DNA of 64,000 nt from an uncultured bacterium (GTDB taxonomy: Bacteria > Verrucomicrobiota > Verrucomicrobiia > Limisphaerales > UBA8199), in contig CAVVMW010000004.1 of assembly GCA_963749495.1 (NCBI GenBank), positions 512,001-576,000 of the forward strand. The letters are read 5' to 3'. The first letter of the stretch is position 1, and each line of letters opens with the position of its first letter. The notes beneath the pieces were generated by a model. The model saw only the letters and a program-made list of their open reading frames with translations. It searched no databases and was not told the origin of the DNA. This document shows, piece by piece, positions 40,054-51,703 of the stretch. Position numbers and translations under genes: made by a program.

Positions 40054-40875
40054 CTACTTAGCGGGTGCTGCCCATTGGACTGCGTTGACGAAGATCTTGC
40101 GGATCTCAGGGCGGTGATAGTCGTTGTACGTTTCGTGGCCGGGAGTGAAGTAGAAAACGCGGCCTTGCCCAATGGTCCAGCAAAGCCCCATGCGCCCCGG
40201 CTCGGTCTTGCCATCCGGCCGAGTATAAATGCCATCCAGCGGGACGGACTCGGGCGTTGGGACGGCAAACGGCTCCCCGTATCGCTCGATCCGAGGCAGT
40301 GTGAAATTCTTCACTCCATCGCAAATCGGGTGGTTCGGCTCCTTGACGATGATCTCGACTGAGGTGCCGTCGGCCACGTACTCACGCCAACTGCAAGGCG
40401 TCCCGAGCAGCTTCTTGAGCGCCTTGGAGAAGTGGGACGAGTGGGTGGCGATGAACCCCATCTTGCCCTCCCTCACGCGACTCACAATCCTGCTCACCAA
40501 CGCGTCTTTTACCTCGCCGTGCTTTTTGTGTCCCCACCAGATCAGCACGTCCGTGCGGCTGAGCAATTCGTCGCTGATGCCTTGGTCGGGATCGTTCAGG
40601 CTGGCTTTGACAATCTCCCACCCTTTGGCTCCGAGGGGCTTGAGTCCTTCCGCAATGGCGGTATTGATGTCATCGGGGTAAATCGCCTTGGACTCGGGGT
40701 CTACGTTTGCCGTGCCTTCGGACCAGACCACGGCGGTGCGTTTGCCCGAGGCCGCCGACACCATCTGAGGGCTCAAGAGCAGTCCAGCGGTGGCGGCGGC
40801 GCCCAATCCCAATGCGCTGCGGCGTGAGAGTTGCCTGGGGTTTGGTTTGAGACCCGAGATCGAGTTGTGCTTCAT
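40054..40875 (-). CDS. ThuA-like (trehalose utilisation) protein, Tat-exported
   Basis: LSRRSAL; VVWSE, TDVLIWWGH, HSSHFSK, VFYFTPGHETY. Confidence 0.85.
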   Translation of the reverse strand: MKHNSISGLKPNPRQLSRRSALGLGAAATAGLLLSPQMVSAASGKRTAVVWSEGTANVDPESKAIYPDDINTAIAEGLKPLGAKGWEIVKASLNDPDQGISDELLSRTDVLIWWGHKKHGEVKDALVSRIVSRVREGKMGFIATHSSHFSKALKKLLGTPCSWREYVADGTSVEIIVKEPNHPICDGVKNFTLPRIERYGEPFAVPTPESVPLDGIYTRPDGKTEPGRMGLCWTIGQGRVFYFTPGHETYNDYHRPEIRKIFVNAVQWAAPAK

Positions 40876-40881
40876 GGAGGG

Positions 40882-40910
40882 ATTATGCTCATGCGCGTGC
40901 CATGAGGCAA
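40882..40910 (-). promoter_or_regulatory. sigma70-type promoter, 6 nt before the ThuA start codon
   Basis: TTGCCT-N17-CATAAT on the minus strand. Confidence 0.5.
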
Positions 40911-41387
40911 GCGTCATCGGAAGTTACGGGGCCTCACGGAGCCCATGCGCTGGCCGCATCGGTCTTCGGACCTCGGCTGGATCAGACGGAATAGGGGGGA
41001 AATCGGAGAGTGGTAAGCGCGAGGTTGTGCTTTCTGGTCCTCTGACACTTCGCTGGAAATACCGTCCGCCGAGAGGCGGACACCAGCCACGCCTGGCGCC
41101 TACAAGCTCCGGTTCCTCGAAAGCCCGTGCCGAATGAAGAAGGCGGAGGACCTGAATCCTCCGCCCGAACGACCAGAATTCTGGAACAACTACTTGGTTC
41201 CGAGAATCGCGTCTTTGGCAGCCCTCCTGCACTTGCAACGTCGCTAGCGCCTGACGCAAAGCGTTTTGGGCATTACAGTGAGTATGCGTCATTCGACGTT
41301 GACCCCAATTCCGTTTAGATGTAGCATTGCACTCACGGCAAGATTTGAATATGCCGAGACGACGAAACTCAACCAATTGGATTTCTG

Positions 41388-42446
41388 ATGAGAATAAGTA
41401 GAATCGCATATGCCATTTTTCGGTTGTCACTGGCAGTCCTGATCACATCGTTTGCTCAGGCGCAGTCTCCCACGTCCACAGCTAACGGGACAGGCCCTTA
41501 TCACGTCTCCCAGACCTTCCATGTCGGAGGCGAAGGTGGCTGGGATTACCTGACCGTCGATCCGGAGCGCAAGCTCCTGTACGTTCCGCGCTCGACGCAC
41601 ACGATGGTCCTCGACGCCAACACAGGCAAAACCGTCGCGGACATCCCCGGCCAGAAGCGCAACCACGGTGTGGCCATCGTCGCCAGCGCTGGACGTGGGT
41701 TCATTACAGATGGCGTGGATGCCTCCGTCACCGTCTTCGACTTGAGAACTTACGCCGTGCTCGGCAAGGTCAAGACTGCTGACGACTCTGACGGGCTCAT
41801 CTACGACCCAGCCAGTCGCAAGGTCTTGGTTGTCTGCGGGGACGCCGGTGTGCTGATTCCCATCTCGCCGGATTTGGATGTCGCAACGGGCAAAGCGGAC
41901 GCGGCGGTGGAGCTTGGGGGCAAGCCGGAGTTTCTCGTCGCGGATGGGCAGGGGAGAGCCTACATCAACCTCGTAAACAAGGATCAGGTCGCGGTTGTGG
42001 ACACCAAGACGATGAAGGTCGTTAATAAATGGCCAACGACTCCCGGCGGGTCACCGGTTGGTATGTCGATGGATTTCGCGCAACGCCGCTTGTTCATCGG
42101 ATGTCGAAAGCCGCAGAAGTTGGTCGTCATGGGTGCGGATGACGGCAAGGTCCTCGCCGATCTCGCGATTGGCGCCGGTGTCGACGCCACGAAATTCGAC
42201 GGTGACGCGTTTGCCAGTTGCGGCGACAGTACTCTCACCGTTGCCCGGGAGACGGCGCCTGGCAAATTCGAGGTCGTCCAGACCGTGCACACTCCACGGG
42301 GTGCGCGAACCATGGGTATCGATCCGGCAACCCATACGCTCTATCTACCCACGGCGGAGTTTGAGGCTCCGTCGGAAGGTCAATCCCGACCACGTCCGAA
42401 ACCAGGCTCGTTCATGATCGTCGTCGTAAGCCCCTCTGGCAAATAG
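41388..42446 (+). CDS. YncE/YVTN-type beta-propeller protein
   Basis: Signal peptide; GGEGGWDYLTVD, HGVAI, GARTMGID repeats. Confidence 0.8.
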   Translation: MRISRIAYAIFRLSLAVLITSFAQAQSPTSTANGTGPYHVSQTFHVGGEGGWDYLTVDPERKLLYVPRSTHTMVLDANTGKTVADIPGQKRNHGVAIVASAGRGFITDGVDASVTVFDLRTYAVLGKVKTADDSDGLIYDPASRKVLVVCGDAGVLIPISPDLDVATGKADAAVELGGKPEFLVADGQGRAYINLVNKDQVAVVDTKTMKVVNKWPTTPGGSPVGMSMDFAQRRLFIGCRKPQKLVVMGADDGKVLADLAIGAGVDATKFDGDAFASCGDSTLTVARETAPGKFEVVQTVHTPRGARTMGIDPATHTLYLPTAEFEAPSEGQSRPRPKPGSFMIVVVSPSGK

Positions 42447-42628
42447 GGCAAATAGCAGTGGGATTGCTGCTCCGGTTCAGGCGGGTTTCGGCGGCTGTGG
42501 CGGGCTCTCGTGTTCCTCTTTTCTCCGGCAGACGCATGACGGCCAACCCCACACCTGGCCCATGGCTGAAAATGAAAATGGCGGAGGAAACCAAATCCTC
42601 CGCCTGAACGACCAGACTTTTCAAACGA

Positions 42629-42915
42629 CTACTTGGCTCCGAGAATAGCTTCTTTGGCTGCCTTGGCAACGCAAAACTTGACCGCGCGCTTTGCCGGGAT
42701 CTTGATCTGCTCATCGGTGGCTGGATTCCTCCCCATACGGGCTTCGCGATTCACCAGGACCAGTTTTCCAAAGCCGGGAATCGTGAAGGAGTTCTTTGCG
42801 TTTTTGTACGCCAGGGCCACAAGGGCTTCAATGGTTTCCACGGCCTGCTTCTTGTGAGGCCAACTGTTTCCGTTATTGATGCGGTGATTTGAGATTTGGT
42901 CAGTGTTTTTGCCAA
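42629..42915 (-). pseudogene. HU-family DNA-binding protein, frameshifted near 42855
   Basis: LAKTLTKSQI...VGLT in one frame, KKQA...IPGFGKL...RMGRNPAT..IKIPAK in the next; substitutions at conserved sites. Confidence 0.8.
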
Positions 42916-43177
42916 TCCTGCTAGAGGTGCTGAAGGGGTAGAAGGAACGGACGGGATGTTCAAGGGGAAAAGGGTTTGGAACCAATGGAAACCCGGGTGC
43001 ACGAAGAGGGATCAGCAGTGAGGGCCTTGACCATTTTTTAGATCTCGGCACGTCAGGTTTTGGCCGGCGGTGAATCTGTTCTTCCGGTGCAACCTCGATT
43101 CTCATCCGGGCCGCCATACCCGCAAATCAACCGGCCCAACTCGCGCCAGGTTCACTTCAGGGTTGTCCACCGTTGCC

Positions 43178-43385
43178 TCATCCGCCGCTGCCCACCGCAG
43201 GCTTTGCTTGACCACCAGGCTTTAGGGGGTCCGCCGGGGCGAACTGAACCTCCACGACCTTGTTTTCCATCTGCCGCTCCCATTGGTCGAGCGAAGGCAC
43301 GGGCACCTCCGCCCTCTTGGCATAAGCCGCATGGACCGCCTTCGAATTGTGCCCCAGCGCCTCCTGAGCAAAGCGTTCGATCAAG
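43178..43385 (-). pseudogene. C-terminal fragment of a tyrosine recombinase/integrase
   Basis: ERFAQEALGHNSKAVHAAY (LGH...Y box II). Confidence 0.65.
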
Positions 43386-43949
43386 GGCAATTGTCGAAGG
43401 CTGTCGAAGCTCTGATCATGAATGGCCCGTTCCCACCGCTGGCCGTTGGTCCCGCATTTGCAGCGCTTCGTCAAGGCGCAGCCCCTTCGTGGTACGGGCA
43501 AGGGTCACCCTTAGTGACCGACCATTTCGACGCACCGAATGCGGGCCGGCACATTGCCGACCTCGCCAGCCTGGCGCCGCTCACGATCTGGCCGCCCAGT
43601 TCTCTCCAGCCTTTCAAAATGGCCGTGCCCGGGAGTGTTCCGAACATCGCGGGCAGCATCACTGCTCCTAACCTCGTCATGCCCTCTGCCGATGGCGCAG
43701 ACTGCGCTCAGCGACAGTTTCCCAGCACGCCGGCGCTTGCCGCCGCAACGGCATACCTGAGCGAGATCAATGGGCAGGACTTCGGGCATCCGCAGAACGG
43801 GCACGATGTGACCACTCGCCCTGGTTCGGCCCGACCACGGGCCAACAGCGAAGTCCGGCCCCAATATGCAGGCCCGGATCGCACCTCCTGCGGAGCTGGT
43901 GCCGCCGAGGAGCAACGCCGGCCAAACTTAAAAACTTGAATCGCCAGAA

Positions 43950-44896
43950 TTGACCAATGATCATTTGATCGAGCTGTTACGAATCGATCCCGCTGATGTT
44001 GGCGGTCTCGTCGCTCTGGCCCGCATTTATGGCGAGAAGGAGAAGGATATACGGCGGGCGAGCGGTTTGCCCGTCGCGCGGTGGAGGTTGCTCCCGACAA
44101 CGCTTGGGCGCTCAATAGCCTCGGAGCCATGCTGTTTCACACAGGTCGCGTTGAAGAGGCCATTCCCTTATTCCGGGCGGCCATCGTCGCCAATCCTGAA
44201 CTTGCGGCCCCGTACGCTTCCTTGGCATTCATGTTCTTGAATCAAGGGCGCGTTGAAGAGGCACTGGCCACGCTCCGCGGGTTGTTTTCAAAGGCAAAAA
44301 TGCAGGACGTCAGGTGTCGGTCCATTTTCGACCAAGCAAGAAAAATCTTCGAAAGCGGTCAGGAGAAGCTGTCAGAAACGATGCATCCCGCGGCGCTCCA
44401 GGCTGTCGAAACGCTACGGGAATCGGTGGAGCGAGTTTCCGGGCATCAGGTCCGGGTCAATTTCGAGGCCCTGGATGGAATTCAGGCGCGGCTTCAGATC
44501 GCCTGGCATTATGGACGCGATCACCATCTTGTGGTGCTCGATCGTGCCTGCCCCGAAAAATCCCAGCCCTACCTCCTCGCTTCCGAGTATAGGTCCATTC
44601 TGCTGCTTTCCGAGGCCTACAAAGCAGGCAAGAACCTGGTGTTCACTACTGGGCCAAATCACCGTAGAACGTTGTTGGAGGATTTTGGTCCCAACATCCT
44701 CCGGATGGTGGCGCTTGGCCATGAAGAGGAGTGGGTCATGTCACGAGCCATCATCCTAAGAGATCTCATCCTCGGATGCTTGTTTAACTTGCCGATGGAA
44801 ATGGTCGTCCAACGCTGCCTGCACAAGGAGACACCCGTGATGGCGCCTTCCCAATTTTTGCTGCAACTTTTCCCATTTCGTCGCATCATTGCGTGA
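43950..44896 (+). pseudogene. TPR-repeat protein fragment, frameshifted near 44050
   Basis: PDNAWALNSLGAML, PELAAPYASLA TPR motifs; ends abruptly. Confidence 0.55.
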
Positions 44897-44984
44897 CATC
44901 TTGTCATGCGCGGCACGAATGCTCAGTCACCAGTCGGCCGAGGGCTGTCCCTCCGGGGTGCGGGCGTGGCTGCGCGGTGGAAAT

Positions 44985-46406
44985 ATGCTCTCGAATCACA
45001 AAACCAAAATCGTTGCCACGATCGGGCCCGCTTCCGAGTCCCCCGAGATGCTCGAACGCCTGATCCGGGCCGGGTTGAACGTGGCGCGCTTGAATTTCTC
45101 CCATGGCGATTTTGCCGAGCACGGCCGGCGGATTGGCCGCATACGGGCGGCCGAGCGGGCGGCCGGGCGGCGCGTCGCCATCATGGCGGACCTGCCGGGT
45201 CCGAAGATGCGGCTGGGAAGGATCGATCCGGAACCGATTGAGCTCCGGCCTGGCTCGAGCTTTACGTTGACCACCAGCGATGTCGTCGGCACGGAGAAAC
45301 GCGTCGCGATGAGTTTCGAGCGGCTGCCACAGGTGGTGAAGCCGGGCGACCTGCTGTTCCTGAACGACGGGCTGGTCCAGCTTCAGGTGGAGTGTGTCGT
45401 CGGCCCCGACGTGCAATGCCGAGTGACCGTGGGCGGCGAACTGCGGTCGCGCAAGGGGGTGAATCTGCCGGGGATTAACCTCGGCATCAGCGCGTTCACC
45501 GAGCAGGACCGGGCGTGCCTGGAGTTTGCGTTGGCGCAGGGGGTCGATGCCTTGAGCCAATCGTTCGTCGAAACGGAGGCGGATCTCGAGGCCGTGCGGG
45601 CAGCGGCCAAGGCCGCGGGCAAAAGCCCTTTCCTGATCGCCAAGATCGAACGGGCGGGCGCGTTGGCGCACTTCGAGGAGATTTTGAAAGCGGCTGACGG
45701 CATCATGGTGGCGCGCGGCGACCTTGGCGTGGAAGTGCCAATCGAGGAAATCGCCCTGACGCAAAAGAAACTGATTGCGCAGGCGAACCTGGCCGGCAAA
45801 CCGGTCATCACCGCGACCCAAATGCTGGAGTCGATGGTGTCCAACCGGCTGCCGACGCGGGCCGAGGCCACCGATGTGGCGAACGCGATCCTGGACGGCA
45901 CCGATTGCTTGATGCTCTCGGCCGAATCGGCGGTGGGCAAGTACCCCGAGGAAGCGGTGGCGATGCTAGCCAAGATCGCCGCGGCCACCGAAGCGGGCCG
46001 GCCCCAGGCCCGGCTGAACGATCTGCGCGCGCTATGCCTGCGTCAGAAGCCTGGCACCGGGGCAGAGGCGATTGCTGCTGTGGTCGAGCACGCGCTGGAA
46101 ACCGTGCCCTGCGCGGCGGTACTGACGCCCACCCGAAGCGGAACCACGGCGCGGATGATTTCGCGTTTTAAACCCGCCGTCTGGGCCATCGCGCTGAGCG
46201 CCCAACCGGCGGTTTGCCAGTCGTTGGTGTTCTCTTACGGTGTGCATCCGGTCGATCTGGTGTCCGAGCCGGAGGACTGGCGCGCCTTTGCCGCCACCTG
46301 GTTGCGCGAGCAGAACCTCCAAGGCCCCGTCGCCATGCTGGTTGCCGGACCCTCGCCGCGTCATCCCGAAGCCAATCACCGAATCGAATTCATGCGCCTG
46401 GGTTAA
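44985..46406 (+). CDS. pyk: Pyruvate kinase
   Basis: KTKIVATIGPAS, RLNFSHG, IAKIE, MVARGDLGVE, TATQMLESM, PTRAEATDVANA. Confidence 0.95.
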   Translation: MLSNHKTKIVATIGPASESPEMLERLIRAGLNVARLNFSHGDFAEHGRRIGRIRAAERAAGRRVAIMADLPGPKMRLGRIDPEPIELRPGSSFTLTTSDVVGTEKRVAMSFERLPQVVKPGDLLFLNDGLVQLQVECVVGPDVQCRVTVGGELRSRKGVNLPGINLGISAFTEQDRACLEFALAQGVDALSQSFVETEADLEAVRAAAKAAGKSPFLIAKIERAGALAHFEEILKAADGIMVARGDLGVEVPIEEIALTQKKLIAQANLAGKPVITATQMLESMVSNRLPTRAEATDVANAILDGTDCLMLSAESAVGKYPEEAVAMLAKIAAATEAGRPQARLNDLRALCLRQKPGTGAEAIAAVVEHALETVPCAAVLTPTRSGTTARMISRFKPAVWAIALSAQPAVCQSLVFSYGVHPVDLVSEPEDWRAFAATWLREQNLQGPVAMLVAGPSPRHPEANHRIEFMRLG

Positions 46407-46458
46407 CAAGGTTCTGAAATCGCATTATCAGACCTCCCTGTGCCAGCTTCCGCAGCGA

Positions 46459-46551
46459 TTAGGCTTGCTCTGTCGGTATTGCCACGAGTTTAATCCCACG
46501 GCGCCTTGCCTCTGCCTCCACTGCCGGCATTATCGGCAGTTTTCCATACAG
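46459..46551 (-). pseudogene. Mth938-like domain fragment
   Basis: YGKLPIMPAVEAEARRRGIKLVAIPTEQA. Confidence 0.4.
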
Positions 46552-46800
46552 GCTCCCATGGTTTGGAGTTCGGAGAGCGTGGTGACGCCTTCCCGCACCC
46601 TTGCCAAGCCATCTTCCAGCGCGGTTTGCAGGCCACGCTTTCTCAAATGGCGGCGCAAGGACTGCTCGTCCGTGTGTGACAGGATGAGTTCGTAATCCGA
46701 ATCGTCTTTCTGCCAGACTTCGAAAACGCCGATGCGGCCCTGGCAACCCGTGTACTGACATGCCGCGCAGCCCGTAGCCCTGTAAACTTCCTCGATTACA
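46530..46800 (-). pseudogene. C-terminal fragment of a GspE/PilB secretion ATPase (not in the ORF track)
   Basis: Manual translation: GCAACQYTGCQGRIGVFEV...LEDGLARVREGVTTLSEL. Confidence 0.7.
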
Positions 46801-46822
46801 GGCAGTTCCCCGGGGGACTGAT

Positions 46823-47173
46823 GTGAGGCGCGCCCAGGTTGTTGTCCAGCGGGTTCGCCGGACCTTCGTCGTAAATATCGAACACGGATTGCACGCTCGT
46901 CCTTGCGCCCTGCTGGTCAAAGCCGTTCAACCGTACCGCTCAACCGTGGAAGTCGAGGTGAAGGGCAATAAAGTTTCTGGAAACAGCATCCTGGGCCTTG
47001 TGGCGCTCGGCGCAGGGTACGGCTCGGAAATCACGTTCACCATGGTCGGCGAGGATGCTTCTCAGGCAATGGCTGCGGTCCATCAATTGTTCGATGCGCA
47101 CTTTGAGGTTGCGCTCCATGCCTCAACGGCGTCCATCAAGCCGGTCATGGCGCTCGCACGCGCAGCCCCGTGA
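46823..47173 (+). CDS. HPr-family phosphocarrier protein
   Basis: GLHARP and SILGL motifs; start uncertain. Confidence 0.8.
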   Translation: MRRAQVVVQRVRRTFVVNIEHGLHARPCALLVKAVQPYRSTVEVEVKGNKVSGNSILGLVALGAGYGSEITFTMVGEDASQAMAAVHQLFDAHFEVALHASTASIKPVMALARAAP

Positions 47174-49229
47174 TCCAGGATTGGAACCGTCCTATGCCGG
47201 GCACAATAAACTCAAGCGAATCGCGCGCTGCCGATGCCATCCAGGAAGCGGCGATGAAAGAGAGCGGCGACGTCCTGCGCGCGCTGGGGACCGGGCCGGC
47301 GGGTTTGACTGAGGACGAGGCGGCAGCGAGGCTGGCGCAATCCGGCCCAAACGAGGTCGCGCGCGAAAAAAAGGCGGGTTGGCCCAAGAGGCTCCGGGTG
47401 GCGGCGCGCAACCCGCTGGTCATCCTCTTAACCGTCCTGGCGGTTGTGACCTTCGCCACCGCCACGACCCGGAGCGACGTGGTCGGCGGCTGGGTGATGC
47501 TGGTGATGGTGGGGCTGGGCCTGTCTCTGCGCTTCATCCAGGAGACCAGGGCCGACAACGCCGCCGCCAAACTCAAGGCCATGATCCACGTCACCGCCAC
47601 CGTCGTCCGCGGCGGCCAGGCCAGGGAAATCCCTTTGAGCCAACTGGTGCCGGGCGACCTGGTGAAGCTCTCCGCCGGCGACATGATCCCGGGCGATGTC
47701 CGGCTCCTGACAGCGAAGGATCTCTTCGTCATCCAGTCGACGCTCACCGGCGAATCCATGCCCGTTGAGAAGACCGACGCGCGGGACACGCGGGAAAAGG
47801 TGTCTGCCGTCGAGCGAACCAATCTCTGCTTTCTGGGCACCAGCGTAGAGAGCGGCTCGGCCACGGCGGTGATTGTGGCCACGGGGCCGCAGACCGCTTT
47901 CGGCAAGATGGCCTGCAGCCTCGCCGGCCAGGCCGTCGAAACGGCGTTCGACAAAGGGGTGAAAAGTTTCACCTGGCTCATGATCCGCTTCATGCTCGTC
48001 TTGGTGCCGCTGGTCTTCCTCATCAACGGGATGCTCAAGCAGGACTGGAAACAGGCGTTTTTCTTCGCCCTCTCGGTCGCCGTGGGCCTGACCCCGGAGA
48101 TGCTGCCGACGATCGTCTCGGTTTGCCTCTCGAAAGGCGCGCTGGCCATGTCCCGCAAGAAAGTCATCGTCAAGCGCCTCGATGCGATCCAGAACGTCGG
48201 CGCCATGGATGTGCTCTGCACCGACAAGACAGGCACGCTCACGATGGACCACGTCATCCTCAAACTCTGTTGCGACGTGTTCAAAAACGAAAACCAGGAG
48301 GTGCTGCGTGATGCCTATCTCATCAGCCACTTCCAAACGGGCCTGAAAAACGTCCTCGACCGCGCCGTGCTGCAGCACGAGGAACTGCACCAGGAAATGT
48401 CCCTCGACAAGTACGCAAAGGTGGACGAAATCCCCTTCGATTTCTCCCGCCGGATGATGTCCGTGGCGGTCGAAGGGCCCGACGGCCAGCGGCAGTTGCT
48501 CACCAAAGGGGCGCCCGAGGCTGTGTTCAGCAAATGCACGCGTTTCGAGAGCGAAGGCGAGATCTTCCCGATGGAACCGATCCTGGCCGGCGACCTGATT
48601 CAACAGGTCAACGACCTGAGCGAGGACGGCTTCCGCGTGTTGGCGGTCGCGACCAGGAAACTGGAGAAACAGGCCGCCTACTCCAAGGCAGACGAAAGCG
48701 ACCTGGTGCTGACCGGCTACCTTGCGTTTCTGGATCCGCCCAAAGAGACCGCTGCCACGGCCATCGCCGCCCTGCGCCGCGACGGCATCACGGTCAAGGT
48801 TCTGACAGGTGACAACGACCTGGTGACGCGCAAGGTGTGCAATGAAGTCGGCATTCACGCCGAGAAGATCGTCCTGGGCACCCAGGCCGAGACGATGACC
48901 GACGCCCAATTGGCCGAGGCCGTCGAGGCCACGGACGTCTTCGCGCGGCTCTCGCCGGCGGACAAGCAGCGCATCGTCCGCGCCCTCCAGCGCAAAGGAC
49001 ATGTCGTTGGGTTCATGGGTGACGGCATCAACGACGCGTCGGCCCTGCGGGCAGCCGATGTGAGCCTCTCGGTGGACAATGCGGTCGACATTGCCAAGGA
49101 ATCGGCCGATATCATCCTCCTGGAAAAGAACCTGATGGTGCTCGAGGAAGGGGTGCTGGAGGGACGGAAGGTCTTCGTGAACATCCTGAAGTACCTCCGG
49201 ATGGGCGCAAGCTCGAATTTCGGCAACAT

Positions 49230-50003
49230 CACTTTGTCCACCGCCTTGTTGAGTTGTCCGACAATGTGAAAGCGTTCCATCACGTTGATGTCCTGCGTTA
49301 TCTTTTCCGCAATCACCCTCATAAGTCTTCCACATATCGCTGCATACATACTTGAGAGCGCTACCACCGGCCCTCCCAACTTCGCCAAACCCCGCCGCAA
49401 CGTGGCCTGGGTCCGGCGCTTGCCCACCCACAGCAACCGCCGACAGTGCGGGTCAATTTGGTAGATGACCGTCAAGTTATTGGGCTTCTGGCCCTTGCCC
49501 CAGTTTATCTCGTCCACGCTCATCGCTTCAACCCCTTCCAGCGCCGATGCTTCAAACCCCATTGGACAAACCACCTCACCGAGCGGTAAACGGCCTCCCA
49601 ACTGGTGCGGAAGACCTGCGCCGTCTCCTTCCAGGACAACCGCCGCGCCCACAGGGCCAAAAAGCCCATCATCGCCGTCGTCACCGTCGCTTGCCCGCGC
49701 TCCAGGGGATATGCTCGACGACCACTCCGTCATCCGCACAGTTGACCCGCCGCAACGCATAGAGGAAATAGGTCTCGAGGCCCCACATCGGCACAAACAG
49801 CCAGGACCGTTGCCGCAACTGCTCATACCCCGGGGCCGGCCTCAGACACCGAGAGCACTTGGCAGGAATGCCGGCATCGGCATAGACGGTAATCTCGATG
49901 CATAAGGGGCGCCTTTGAGATCCCGGCAGAAGCGGATGTTGTCATAGACGAAGCCAACAAAGTGTTGAATGACGTTGAGAACGGTCTTAACTTTCAGTTG
50001 CAT
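49230..50003 (-). mobile_element. ISL3-family transposase remnant with several frameshifts, 3' truncated
   Basis: CSRC Zn finger, FVPMWG, VEHIPWS, LSWKETA, VDEI, VCSDMWK, RFHIV..LNKAVDKV. Confidence 0.8.
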
Positions 50004-50104
50004 AGCTGATCTGCCGCTCGGTGCGAGCGACGTTTCACACCACGCAGCCTACTGGAATCCAGGCAAATCAGCTATCGCTTTGTGACCCTGGACCAGCTTA
50101 CCGA

Positions 50105-50189
50105 GCAAAAAAATAAAAAAAAAGAAATTAAAAAGAGGAGATAAAAGGAGGAGGGAGGGGAGAAGGAGAGGCAGCAGGGGGGGGGGGGG
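50105..50189. other. Low-complexity A/G tract ending in a 13-nt poly-G run
   Basis: Directly visible; unlike any surrounding sequence. Confidence 0.85.
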
Positions 50190-50315
50190 TTCAGCGTGAT
50201 CGGGGCGAGCGTCTGGCTGCCGTACCTCCCGATGACGCCCATTCAAATCCTCACCAACAACCTGCTCTACGACTTTTCCCAGGTCCCCATCCCCACCAAC
50301 ACCGTCGTCCCCCAG

Positions 50316-50789
50316 CAGATTGCCAAGGATGAAGATGTGAGCACACAGCTTGTCTCCAAGCTCGAGGAAAACATGCCTACTGAACGTGAGGAGTGGGTGG
50401 CCGCGCTTCTAGGAGATTGTAATCTCTCATCGCAGGCCTACTTCGGAAGTCTCAAACGGGTCTTGCTCAAAATAGCTATACCAGGGAATGCGGTCATTGT
50501 GGGCAAGGGCAGCAACTGCTTCCTTCCCCCGGATAAAAAGATCGGTCTGTGCTTCGTAGCTCCCCTGGATCTGAGAATAAAGAATACGATGAAGGAACTT
50601 GGACTCTCTGAGAAAGATGCACGAGAGCACATTTCCAAGCTCGAAGCGGAACACCGGAAATTGGTGAAGAAGTATTTCCAGGCCGAAATACGAGATTCCA
50701 CTCACTACCACCTGGTCGTCAACACGGCCCTCGTTAAACCCGAGACCATTATACAAATCGTGAAGATGCTTATCACGGCCCAAACCTGA
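50316..50789 (+). pseudogene. Cytidylate kinase-like family protein lacking the N-terminus, fused to the mgtA tail
   Basis: GNAVIVGKGSNCFL, APLDLRI, YHLVVNT. Confidence 0.65.
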
Positions 50790-50892
50790 AGGTGCTCCTC
50801 TTCCATTCACCTTGGACGGGCGTGCCGTCAACAACCTGACTTTAATCGAGAAACTCATTTATCATCAACGACCAAACAAAGGAGACAAAACT

Positions 50893-51078
50893 ATGATGCA
50901 TCTGGATATCGACTCGGAAGAAAAAGAGGATTTGAGAGAATTGCTCCAAGGCTGCCTCGATTCGCTCAAGATCGAGGTCGCGCATACCGACCACCGGGCC
51001 TTCCGAGACATGCTGAAACAGAAGGAAGGAGTCCTGCAGAGAGTGTTGGAAAAACTGGGGCAGGCCGCGGATCAGTAA
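50893..51078 (+). CDS. Small hypothetical protein (61 aa)
   Basis: AAAGGAGA RBS; amphipathic helical sequence EVAHTDHRAFRDMLK. Confidence 0.6.
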   Translation: MMHLDIDSEEKEDLRELLQGCLDSLKIEVAHTDHRAFRDMLKQKEGVLQRVLEKLGQAADQ

Positions 51079-51482
51079 CGGCGGGAGCGGCGAACCCTCG
51101 ACGCGATCCGGCCGCCAGTCGGCTGCGTCGTGATGGAGCCCGTCTCGACCTGTGCGCAACTTCGAAGTTCATTTGCGAGATTTGGTAACTTGCGAGTGCT
51201 CGCAGAACACTGGATTGCATTCTTCACCCACAGGTCTCCTTGATTCCACGAGGGTTACATTCGTGGAACAGGTCTGGCATGTGCGGTGCTTAAAGGTAGT
51301 GGTCCTGTGCAGAGCGCAGCCTTCCCGGCCGCAACGTCGAAGGGAAGCTTCGCCGAGCCGCCAGAGAATGGAAAGCGCAGAAGACCCGGCTGGTGCGCAA
51401 GGCGTGGGTGTGACTTTGCTGCCGAGGTAAGCGGGACAGTTAACATTGAACACATTATAAAAACTCAGACGAAACAGCGAAT

Positions 51483-51686
51483 ATGAGCGTGAACACAGAA
51501 ATCAACCGGGATGTGGGATGGTCGATCGTGCTGAGTGTGCTGCTGATCGTGGCCGGTATTCTGGCGATCATCGTGCCGCAGGCCTCCGGCATCGCCGTAA
51601 CGGTATTGGTCGGTTGGCTGCTGGTCCTTTGTGGGGCCGCCCTTATGGCGTATGCCTGGCACGCGCACCGCGGCAGCGGCCTGTAA
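51483..51686 (+). pseudogene. HdeD/DUF308 membrane protein, N-terminal third
   Basis: GWSIVLSVLLIVAGILAI..P...VGWLL; premature end. Confidence 0.6.
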
Positions 51687-51703
51687 CCGCGACTGAACAC
51701 GCC

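Larger units (their letters stand above)
47194..50315 (+). pseudogene. mgtA: Mg2+-transporting P-type ATPase, interrupted at 49229/50189 and truncated
   Basis: TGES, PEMLP, DKTGT, TGDN, GDGIND, GASSNFGN; continues as FSVIGASVWLPYLPM...NNLLYD at 50190. Confidence 0.9.

Noticed and set aside
40887..40903. sigma54 promoter TGGCAC...GC upstream of ThuA
   Set aside because: GG-GC spacing is one base too long; a sigma70 reading fits better
43420..43940. ORFs between the integrase fragment and the TPR fragment
   Set aside because: No recognisable motifs; coding strand cannot be determined
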